28,997 bases of DNA from Candidatus Firestoneibacteriota bacterium (GTDB lineage Bacteria > Oederibacteriota > D2-FULL-39-29 > JBDRBU01), in contig JBDRBU010000018.1 of the NCBI GenBank assembly GCA_043822305.1, positions 1 through 28,997 on the forward strand, in the 5' to 3' direction. Shown piece after piece: positions 7,799-15,797 of the stretch. The number at the start of each line of letters is the position of its first letter. Position 1 is the first letter of the stretch. The position numbers and the translations under genes are program-made. The notes under the pieces are model-generated. The model was not told the DNA's origin. It did no database searches and was given only the letters and a program-made list of their open reading frames with translations.

Positions 7799-10192
7799 CT
7801 AAAAGCTAAGATTCACTGTTTTAGAAGCAGAACTTGTCACCGTAGTGCTCCCCGTTGCAGATAAAGTAGAGGAACCAATATTATACCATCCATAAACATT
7901 GTAGGCTGTACCAGAAGCATTTCCTCTTACCGGTAAAGTATAATTCCCGTTAGAATCACTCACCGTAGAGTAATATACTGTGGCCCCACCCCTTAAAGTA
8001 CTATTTACAGTTGGTGGACTTCCAGAAATTGTACCTGTTGTGGCCACAACCAGCACTCCCGTCACAATAAGTTTATTTGAAGAATCTTTTACGGTGCCGA
8101 TGACAGTTCCTAACGCTGTTGTAACCTGAAAATTCACCCCTGTCTGGGTAGCACCCGCTACAACTGAAATACTCATGCTGGTCGGACTGCTTACTTCCCT
8201 GTCATCTAACGCAGGAAAAACAGAATAAGGATTTCCACTTACAGGTAGATTAGTAATAGAATAGTTACCGCTCGCATTTGAAAGTGTATTTCCTTTCTCA
8301 ATATTACCAAAATCTTTGGCTATAACAACAATATTAGGCAAAGCATCAATACCGTTTGTCGTTATCTGACCGGATAATGCCCCGCCAGATGATAAATTAA
8401 AATCCACCCCTATAATCGGATTGCCGGCTGTAACTATTATCGGAGTAGCCGTTGTATCACAAGTATAGTTTGGATTACCGTTTTGATAATTGGCCGTAAC
8501 ATAATGAGTTCCGGCCGGAACAATTAAAATGTAATTTCCGTTAGTATCCGTCGTAGCAAAAACTCCATCACTATACATTGATATACCGGCTAAAGCTGTT
8601 GAAGCTCCGGTTGTTACTCTTCCGACTATATATCCATCTGTGGCTACAGTAGTTAAAATAATATTCTGACTTGTATTTAGACCATTAGTAATAGTCACAC
8701 CTGTAACTTCTCCGTACATGCTTGAACCTGCCGCCGATAATGTCCAACTTCCGACGGCAATATCAGCCAATGAATAAAACCCGCTGCTGTTGGCTGCTAT
8801 CGGACTGGATAAATCATCATTTGCGAAAACATATGCACCGCTAACTGGTGTTCCTCCCGTAGGATTTTCTGTGGCCGAACTGCTATTTTGCGGATTTAAA
8901 ACGAAATGTTGAATAAAATCGTTATCGTTGTTATCATCGTCAAAGGCATTACCATTAGTGTCTGGAGGTGTAGCTGCCGGATATGACCTGCGTTCAATGA
9001 TAGACCCCGCTGACAAACCAGAGCCAGTTAAGTTTACTCCAGTCCCCTCAACAGCATTAGAAGGTGCTTGCTTAGCCAGACCCGGTCTTCCCCATCCAAC
9101 TTTATCTATCCAATTTCCAAGTTGGTCGCTTAGACCAGCCCCACCCTGATCAGTTTCAAAAACATCACTAATACTCCAGTATGCATTACAAGACACTCCA
9201 TTAACAGCAGAAGCACTGCCTATCAAGAAAAATCCATGAGATGGTACAGTGTTTTGATTCCATGTAAGAACTAATGTATTAATTATATTAGTTGAAGTTA
9301 TATAATATGCTTTAAAATTAGTAGCATCAATGGTAACAGCACTTGAAGTGGGATTATATAATTCAATATATTCATTTGTATCACCAGCACTCACCTGAGC
9401 ACAAACTTCTGAAATGACAAGATGATCTCGTTTGAATACATACCCGCTGGCCGTACCTTTTGTTCTTAATGCATAATTGGCAAAATCATTGGTAACTGTA
9501 GCACCTGATGTAGCGGTTAAAGTTCCTGACACTTGAGAAACATATTGCTTTTTATCAGCTCTAATAGTATATGATCCGGCAGCCACTCTGAATAAAAAGT
9601 CTCCTGCTGCATCCGTATAACCATCCTTGTTCGGGTCATCTGAGACAAACACATGCACTTGAGAAACCGCAACGCTACTAGTATCAGTAACCCTTCCCTT
9701 AACTACTGAATCCATTGGAGTGCGATCAGGATTTTCAAATAAATTAATAAGGGTCATAGACTTGGCCGTATTATTCTCTGTCCATGATATTGTCATTTCA
9801 ATTTTTTTAATCCCCTCATCAGGATCAGTAGGAGCAAGATCGGTTAAAACTCCACTTGCATTTTCTGTCGCTTTGCGAACAACAGTTGTCCTTGTAAATG
9901 TAATTCCAGATACAGTCATTGTCTCAGGAGGATACGGATTACTGGAGTGATTAGGATTTGATAAGGCTGCTACTGGTGTGGCTATAAGACGGTAGTATGT
10001 GTAATCCTTTAATTTTTCTATCTTTTCCTGAGCTAAATTATTGGCTACAGTCTTATATTTGGTAACAGTTATACCCCTGCTTATTAAATTATAGGCCAAT
10101 ATCATCCCTAAAGCAAAAAGACCCAGCATGACTATACCCACCATAAGTTCAACCAGAGTAAGACCTTTATTTCTTTCTAATTTGTTTTTCAT
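7799..10192 (-). CDS. Giant PilV-like prepilin with carboxypeptidase-regulatory-like repeats and a lamin-tail domain
   Basis: G|LTLVELMVGIVML; A.NLAQEKIEKLK and F.RT..V / K.I...ISW PilV-like motifs; five G.V.G.V...T...G.Y repeats; LVISEV...EYIELYNPT lamin-tail signature. Confidence 0.85.
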   Translation of the reverse strand: MKNKLERNKGLTLVELMVGIVMLGLFALGMILAYNLISRGITVTKYKTVANNLAQEKIEKLKDYTYYRLIATPVAALSNPNHSSNPYPPETMTVSGITFTRTTVVRKATENASGVLTDLAPTDPDEGIKKIEMTISWTENNTAKSMTLINLFENPDRTPMDSVVKGRVTDTSSVAVSQVHVFVSDDPNKDGYTDAAGDFLFRVAAGSYTIRADKKQYVSQVSGTLTATSGATVTNDFANYALRTKGTASGYVFKRDHLVISEVCAQVSAGDTNEYIELYNPTSSAVTIDATNFKAYYITSTNIINTLVLTWNQNTVPSHGFFLIGSASAVNGVSCNAYWSISDVFETDQGGAGLSDQLGNWIDKVGWGRPGLAKQAPSNAVEGTGVNLTGSGLSAGSIIERRSYPAATPPDTNGNAFDDDNNDNDFIQHFVLNPQNSSSATENPTGGTPVSGAYVFANDDLSSPIAANSSGFYSLADIAVGSWTLSAAGSSMYGEVTGVTITNGLNTSQNIILTTVATDGYIVGRVTTGASTALAGISMYSDGVFATTDTNGNYILIVPAGTHYVTANYQNGNPNYTCDTTATPIIVTAGNPIIGVDFNLSSGGALSGQITTNGIDALPNIVVIAKDFGNIEKGNTLSNASGNYSITNLPVSGNPYSVFPALDDREVSSPTSMSISVVAGATQTGVNFQVTTALGTVIGTVKDSSNKLIVTGVLVVATTGTISGSPPTVNSTLRGGATVYYSTVSDSNGNYTLPVRGNASGTAYNVYGWYNIGSSTLSATGSTTVTSSASKTVNLSF

Positions 10193-10203
10193 AGTTTACT
10201 CAT
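10189..10203 (-). other. Putative leaderless 4-codon upstream ORF (MSKL*) overlapping the pilin start
   Basis: ATG AGT AAA CTA TGA begins 6 nt after the -10 box; its TGA overlaps the pilin ATG (ATGA). Confidence 0.4.
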
Positions 10204-10209
10204 AATTAT

Positions 10210-10237
10210 ATTATAACACAAAACAGCAATTTGTCAA
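10210..10237 (-). promoter_or_regulatory. sigma70 promoter for the minor-pilin operon
   Basis: Minus strand TTGACA (10237-10232), 16 bp, TG-extended TATAAT (10215-10210). Confidence 0.7.
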
Positions 10238-10262
10238 TACATTTCAAAATTTCAAAATTTCC

Positions 10263-10291
10263 TTGATAGATTAAAATTATAGTTGTATAAT
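10263..10291 (+). promoter_or_regulatory. sigma70 promoter for the ABC module (predicted leaderless)
   Basis: TTGATA 10263-10268, 17 bp, TATAAT 10286-10291; ATG at 10299; no SD. Confidence 0.7.
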
Positions 10292-10298
10292 GTAGTAT

Positions 10299-11039
10299 AT
10301 GTTAATCATAGAAACAAGAAATTTATCAAAAGTATATATTAGTGACAATTTCTGGAGTAAGCGTAAAGTAATTGCTCTTAAAAATATTAATTTAAAAATA
10401 AAACAAAATCAGGTATATGGCTTACTTGGGTTAAATGGAGCAGGAAAAACCACTCTGATGAAAGTTCTTTTAGGGCTAATTTTCCCAACCAAAGGAGAAG
10501 CATTTATATTGGGAAAGATGGTAGGTGATTTAGAGACTAAAAGAAATATCTCTTATTTACCTGAAATGCCTTATTTCCCTAGATATCTTACCCCTATTGA
10601 AATACTTGATTTTTATGGTAAATTATATGAGCTAGAATATAAAAAGAGAAAGGAAAAAGTTAACTTCGCTTTAGAACTAGTTAAATTGAATAATAAAAAG
10701 AATGTAAAGTTAAAAGAATTTTCAAAAGGTATGCTGCAAAGAGTAGGTATTGCTCAATTATTAATTAATGATGCAAAACTGTTTTTTTTAGACGAACCAA
10801 CATATGGATTGGACCCACTGGCCACTAAAGAGATGAGGAATATTATTCTTATGTTAAAAAAATCGGGTAAAACAATATTTTTAAGTTCCCATCAAATTAA
10901 CGAAGTAAAACAAATATGCGACAAAATAGGAATATTGCATAATGGAAGCATAATTGATGAAGTGGAAGTTCCGGATATTAAAGGTTCTCTTGAAAATTAT
11001 TTTGTAAAAAAGGTGTCTTGTGGAGAAAAACCAATTTAA
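10299..11039 (+). CDS. ABC-2 type exporter ATP-binding protein (PilH-like)
   Basis: Walker A GLNGAGKT, signature variant FSKGMLQR, Walker B FFLDEP, H-loop SSH. Confidence 0.92.
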   Translation: MLIIETRNLSKVYISDNFWSKRKVIALKNINLKIKQNQVYGLLGLNGAGKTTLMKVLLGLIFPTKGEAFILGKMVGDLETKRNISYLPEMPYFPRYLTPIEILDFYGKLYELEYKKRKEKVNFALELVKLNNKKNVKLKEFSKGMLQRVGIAQLLINDAKLFFLDEPTYGLDPLATKEMRNIILMLKKSGKTIFLSSHQINEVKQICDKIGILHNGSIIDEVEVPDIKGSLENYFVKKVSCGEKPI

Positions 11040-11808
11040 AAAAATATTAGCCGTTGCCCAAAATGTACTAAATGAATGCCTAAGGCATAAAATTTTAAAT
11101 ATACTTTTTATATTTGCTCTGGCCATAATAGGCGGGAATCTTATCATACAGGAGCTTTCTCCAGGAGCAGAACATAAAACACTTATTGATGCGGGATATG
11201 TGACCATACAAATATTTGGATTTTTAACAGTTATATTTAGTATATTTATTATAACTTTTGAAGAGTTTGAAATGAGAAATATATGGATGACTTTAACAAA
11301 ACCAATTTCAAAAACAACTTATCTAACTGGAAAATTTCTGGGAATATCTTTAACGCTTTTTTTAAATATTTCTATAATGTCTCTCATTTTTATGTTTTTA
11401 GCTCTTTTAAACGGGGTTAATTTAAATTTTAACTATTTACTTATAATAGCCAGTATATTTTTAGAACTTTTGATTACTATCGCTTTTACTTTACTTTTTT
11501 CTGTCCTCTCATCAAATTTAATTACCACCATGATTTTCTCTTTTTTTGTATTTCTAATAGGCCATTTAACAGAACATTTGAAAATATTAATTAATAAAGA
11601 AACAACGGCACCCATAACCAAAGTAATTTTATATATAATTTATTATTTAACACCAAATCTTTCTTTGTTTAACTTAAAAGATAAAGTTTATTCGATTGAA
11701 GGAATATTTCCATTAGATTATATCTTAAAAATATTAATTTATGGAATTTCATATATAGTTATATGTTTAATAATTTCCTCGTTTGTTTTCGAGAAAAAAG
11801 AAGTATGA
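11020..11808 (+). CDS. ABC-2 type permease (PilI-like)
   Basis: About 6 hydrophobic segments; E.E.R.I...LTKPISK..YL.GKFLG motif; YYLTPNL; C-terminal FEKKEV; GTG start after AAGGTG. Confidence 0.88.
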   Translation: MEKNQFKKILAVAQNVLNECLRHKILNILFIFALAIIGGNLIIQELSPGAEHKTLIDAGYVTIQIFGFLTVIFSIFIITFEEFEMRNIWMTLTKPISKTTYLTGKFLGISLTLFLNISIMSLIFMFLALLNGVNLNFNYLLIIASIFLELLITIAFTLLFSVLSSNLITTMIFSFFVFLIGHLTEHLKILINKETTAPITKVILYIIYYLTPNLSLFNLKDKVYSIEGIFPLDYILKILIYGISYIVICLIISSFVFEKKEV

Positions 11809-12509
11809 TCTCAAATTGCAGAAATTCAAGCAGTATTCGGTTCTTAATTCTTAGTTCTCTTATCTTGGTTTTCACTTTAACCTTAATCCAAACTGATACT
11901 TTTTATAAATCTAACTTTAAGCCATTTCCTTTTTCGGAAATAAAACAAAGTTCTTTTTATGCGATTCTTACTTCCATTTCTGGATTTAAAATCTTAGTTT
12001 CTGACTTTTTATGGATGGATATAATTCAATATATCGGAGATAAAGAAAATACAAAAACAAAATATAAAGAATTATATTCAAAGGTAACTAATTTAACAAC
12101 TTTAGACCCGAACTTTACATATGCTTATCTGGCCACAAGCGGTATGTTGATGTTCGAATTAAAAGAAACTGATAAAGCCATAGAACTGATAAAAAAAGGT
12201 ATAGAAAATAACCCTAAATATTGGCCATTAAATTTATATTTGGCCGCATACACTTATTCAAAAGCGGGGAATCTTAGAATGGCAGTTCATAATATTGAAT
12301 CTGCTGTTATGCAGGCTGGTCACCCTCCAATGTTAGAAAGAATCCTGGGAAATATGTATGTGAAACTTTCAGAGACAGAAAAATCATACAAGGACTTCTG
12401 GATGGGCAAAGCAAAAAACCTGTGGTGGTATATGTATCATCACCCTTCTGAAGAATTAAACAAAAAATACGCAGAAGAACATTTAAAAAAATACGGATTT
12501 ATGAAGTAA
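11805..12509 (+). CDS. Membrane-anchored TPR-like protein (PilG/XapA-like)
   Basis: N-terminal TM; LVSDFLWMDIIQYIG...TTLDPNF..AY...AIELIKKGIENNPKYW pattern. ATG 11805 (ATGA overlap with permease stop) preferred over 11763. Confidence 0.7.
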   Translation: MISNCRNSSSIRFLILSSLILVFTLTLIQTDTFYKSNFKPFPFSEIKQSSFYAILTSISGFKILVSDFLWMDIIQYIGDKENTKTKYKELYSKVTNLTTLDPNFTYAYLATSGMLMFELKETDKAIELIKKGIENNPKYWPLNLYLAAYTYSKAGNLRMAVHNIESAVMQAGHPPMLERILGNMYVKLSETEKSYKDFWMGKAKNLWWYMYHHPSEELNKKYAEEHLKKYGFMK

Positions 12510-12517
12510 AGCAAAAA

Positions 12518-12617
12518 AGGGATCAGAGTCATTTTTCATAAATTCTTATTGAACATCGTTATTGTGAAAGGTGTTTTGTGTCATTGTGAGCGATAGCGGA
12601 AAAATAGTGTCGTCCCT
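12518..12617. repeat. About 100-bp MITE/REP-like element between convergent genes
   Basis: Ends AGGGATCAGAGTCATTTTT and (reverse complement) AGGGACGACACTATTTTT are imperfect inverted repeats; each shares a core with repeats at 28395-28406 and 147-155. Confidence 0.4.
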
Positions 12618-12619
12618 AT

Positions 12620-13351
12620 TTATTTACGCTGTCTTACTACTTCATACATTAAGATTCCTGCGGAAACTGAGACATTTAAGGAAGAAATTTTACCTTTTAA
12701 AGGGATGTTAACCAGATAATCACATTTTTCTTTAACACTTCTTTTAATGCCTTCTCCTTCGCCACCAAAAACTAAGGCAACAGGTCTCTTAAAATCCATT
12801 TTAAAGTATTCATCTGTACCTTCTCTTTCAACTCCAATAATCCAAATATTATTTTGTTTCAATACTCCAATAGCATAATTTAAATTACTTACCCTGGATA
12901 CCAGCATATATTCTGATGCTCCCATGGAGATTCTTTCAACAGTAGAAGTAACATGCGTAGATCTTTGTTTTGGAATAATTATCCCATGAACTCCTACACA
13001 TTCTGCAGTTCTAATAATTGCCCCCAGATTATGCGGATCCTGAATTGAATCTAAAAGAATTATAAAAGGAACCTCTTTTTTTTCTTTGGCAAAAGATAAA
13101 ATATCTTCAAGATCAACATAATCTTTTGGATATGTATGAAGTATTACGCCCTGATTAGGAATTTCTTTACTAATCCTATCAAGTTCTTTTTTAGAAAGGT
13201 ATTGAAGATTTATTCCTTTTGACTTTGCAAGTTGTAATATATCAGACAACTCATTCTTTAATTCTTTTGCAATTAAGATTTTATTAAACTGTCTTTCCCC
13301 TTCTTTTAAAATTTCAAATACTGGATTTCTTCCAAATATCATTCTATTCAT
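12620..13351 (-). CDS. rlmB: 23S rRNA (guanosine(2251)-2'-O)-methyltransferase, TrmH/SpoU family
   Basis: IFGRNPV.E, LDSIQDPHNLGAIIRTA, GGEGEG, SLNVSVSAGILMYE; directly downstream of cysS. Confidence 0.93.
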   Translation of the reverse strand: MNRMIFGRNPVFEILKEGERQFNKILIAKELKNELSDILQLAKSKGINLQYLSKKELDRISKEIPNQGVILHTYPKDYVDLEDILSFAKEKKEVPFIILLDSIQDPHNLGAIIRTAECVGVHGIIIPKQRSTHVTSTVERISMGASEYMLVSRVSNLNYAIGVLKQNNIWIIGVEREGTDEYFKMDFKRPVALVFGGEGEGIKRSVKEKCDYLVNIPLKGKISSLNVSVSAGILMYEVVRQRK

Positions 13352-14712
13352 AAAAATTTCCTTATTATAGTTCCTTTTGAAGTATCTTCTAAAATCATTC
13401 CTTCTTTTTCAAGTTTATTTCTTATCTCATCTGCTTTTTCCCAATCCTTTTCTAATCTGGCCTTATTTCTTTCATCTATAAGATGTCGAATCTCGTCTGA
13501 TATTTTTATCTCTTCTTTTTCAAACAAACTTAAATTAAATACTTTATCCATTTCTTTTAAGGTATTAACTTTTCCCTTAGCTTTTTTATCCCTGATCATA
13601 CCCCATAAAATACTTAAAGATCTGGGCATATCTAAATCATCATCAATTGCTTTCTTAAATTCTGTTAAATATTCATTATTTATTTTTTTATCATCTTCCA
13701 GATCTTTTATAATGCTTTTTAATCTGTTATACGAATTCTGAGCATTTTTTAAACCTACCAAACTAAAATTAAGTTGAGTCCTGTAATGAGCATTTAATAC
13801 AAAATATCTATAGCCTAAAGGACTAAAATTCATATCAATAAGTTCTGATATAGTATATAAACCACCCTTACTTTTACTTACTTTTTCCCCCTTAAATGTT
13901 AAAAATCCCCCATGCAGCCAATAATTCACAAATTTCTTGCCTGTGGCAGCTTCACTTTGGGCCATCTCATTTGTATGATGTATCGGAATATGGTCTATAC
14001 CCCCTGTATGTATATCAAAATGTTCCCCAAGATATTTCATGGACATGGCTGAGCATTCTAAATGCCAACCTGGAAATCCGACTCCCCATGGACTTTCCCA
14101 TTCCTGTTGTCTTACTCCTGATGGGACAGAAAGCTTCCAAAGTGCAAAATCTGTTGGGTTCTTCTTTTCCTTTAAATCCACTCTTTTCCCGGCCATGAGC
14201 CCTTCAATATTTGACTTTGCTAATTCACCATATTTTTTAAACTTTGAAGTATCAAAATAAATACCATCAGTTGTTTTGTATGTAAAACCTTTTTCTTGTA
14301 ATCTTATTACAAGTTCAATCTGTTCTTTTATATGATCAGTGGCCTTACACCATATGGTTGGTTCAGCAATATTCAACCTTTTAAAATCTTCCTTAAAAGC
14401 ATTCCAGTAATAATCAGTAATTTCTTCTACTTTTTTATTTTCCTTTTTAGCCGCTTCCTCGATTTTGTCTTCACCTTCATCTGCATCGCTGGTTAGATGT
14501 CCAACATCAGTAATATTTATAACATGTTTAATCTTAAACCCAGCAACTCCAAGAACTTTTTTAAGTATATCAGAAAAAATATATGTTCTTAAATTTCCTA
14601 TATGTTGATACCAATATACAGTAGGTCCACAGGTATAAATCTTTACTTGTTTATCATCTATAGGGATAAACTCTTCTTTTTTGGAAGTTAAGGTGTTATA
14701 TATTTTTAGCAT
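13348..14712 (-). CDS. cysS: Cysteine--tRNA ligase
   Basis: CGPTVY, HIGN, DFALWK, W.SPWG.GFPGWHLECSAM, DIHTGGIDH..HH.NE.AQSE, KVSKS, DDL.MP, ADEIR. Confidence 0.98.
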   Translation of the reverse strand: MLKIYNTLTSKKEEFIPIDDKQVKIYTCGPTVYWYQHIGNLRTYIFSDILKKVLGVAGFKIKHVINITDVGHLTSDADEGEDKIEEAAKKENKKVEEITDYYWNAFKEDFKRLNIAEPTIWCKATDHIKEQIELVIRLQEKGFTYKTTDGIYFDTSKFKKYGELAKSNIEGLMAGKRVDLKEKKNPTDFALWKLSVPSGVRQQEWESPWGVGFPGWHLECSAMSMKYLGEHFDIHTGGIDHIPIHHTNEMAQSEAATGKKFVNYWLHGGFLTFKGEKVSKSKGGLYTISELIDMNFSPLGYRYFVLNAHYRTQLNFSLVGLKNAQNSYNRLKSIIKDLEDDKKINNEYLTEFKKAIDDDLDMPRSLSILWGMIRDKKAKGKVNTLKEMDKVFNLSLFEKEEIKISDEIRHLIDERNKARLEKDWEKADEIRNKLEKEGMILEDTSKGTIIRKFL

Positions 14713-15139
14713 ATAATAATATCGGCAAAGTTAATAAAATAAATATTAAATCTCGAATAATTACAATTAAACTAATATCCTCTTTCCTCAATAAATCAAA
14801 GCATCCGCAATCATGAATTATCCCCTGATAAAGATTTACAGACATCCCTATTGTAAAAACACATAAAATTCCAATTATAATCAAAGCATTGCTTCGGGTA
14901 AAAATATTTAAAATAAGCATCATACCACATAACAATTCAATCCAGGGTAAAATTACTGCAAAAAGTGGGACAAAAACATCTGGTAGTATTTTGTATTCAG
15001 CAATTACTGCCTTAAAATATTCGGGTTCTATAATTTTAGTAATACTTGCAAATATAAATATAATACCTATAATCAATCTTAAGAAAAACAAAATCATCGG
15101 ATTAGATAAAACTTTTTTAATTCTTTTTGTATGCTTCAT
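14696..15139 (-). CDS. MauE/DoxX-family redox-associated membrane protein
   Basis: LRLIIG.IFIFA...K, LPWIELLCG, DCGCF, IIRD motifs; 4 TM segments. Confidence 0.9.
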   Translation of the reverse strand: MKHTKRIKKVLSNPMILFFLRLIIGIIFIFASITKIIEPEYFKAVIAEYKILPDVFVPLFAVILPWIELLCGMMLILNIFTRSNALIIIGILCVFTIGMSVNLYQGIIHDCGCFDLLRKEDISLIVIIRDLIFILLTLPILLYAKNI

Positions 15140-15179
15140 TATTTAACTTTACTCCTTTAAAAAGACGTTTTGTCAAATG

Positions 15180-15797
15180 TTAAGGTTTGTTCCCTTTTTC
15201 TGTTGGAAATCCTGCTCCTTTCCAACTATTCCATCCACCAGTAAAAATTTTTAAGTTTGTAAATCCTTTCTCTTTTAAATTATTTGCTACCATCTCATTT
15301 AAATGACAGGTAACACTACTACAATAAGTTATAAGAACATCATCTTTTTTAATCTTATCCTTAACTTGTTCATATTGAAGATTAAATCTACTTGCTGAAA
15401 GAGAAAAAGCACCTTTAATATGCTCTTCTATATATTTAAATTCAGGTCTTGTATCCAAAAAAATTACCTTTCCTTCATCAAATAATTCTTTCGCTCTTTT
15501 TAAGTCCACTTGTTCTACAATAGGTTGTATGGGCGGTAAATTACCTGTTGATATTTTTGTAGTTTTTGAATCTTGCATTGACACTTTTATTGTTTTTATA
15601 TCAACTGGCTTCTTTTGGGGGACAGTTTTATAAATAGTTATAACCCTTAGAACTTGCTGAGTTGATTTTAATTTAAACTCAATACCTAATGGATTAATAA
15701 TATTAAAAACAATCCCTATGGCAGAACATACCAGGATGATATTTATACTTGTTAGAATTATTTTAATAAACCTTTTTCTTTTTTTCATAATCCTCAA
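15180..15797 (-). CDS. Membrane-anchored rhodanese-domain protein
   Basis: N-terminal TM; FLDTR...Y...HIKGA, active-site loop YCSSVTC, GGWNSWKGAGFP; start could be ATG 15788. Confidence 0.88.
   Translation of the reverse strand: MRIMKKRKRFIKIILTSINIILVCSAIGIVFNIINPLGIEFKLKSTQQVLRVITIYKTVPQKKPVDIKTIKVSMQDSKTTKISTGNLPPIQPIVEQVDLKRAKELFDEGKVIFLDTRPEFKYIEEHIKGAFSLSASRFNLQYEQVKDKIKKDDVLITYCSSVTCHLNEMVANNLKEKGFTNLKIFTGGWNSWKGAGFPTEKGNKP

Noticed and set aside
11763..11804. ORF-track start for the TPR protein
   Set aside because: Overlaps the permease by 46 bp; ATG 11805 gives standard ATGA coupling.
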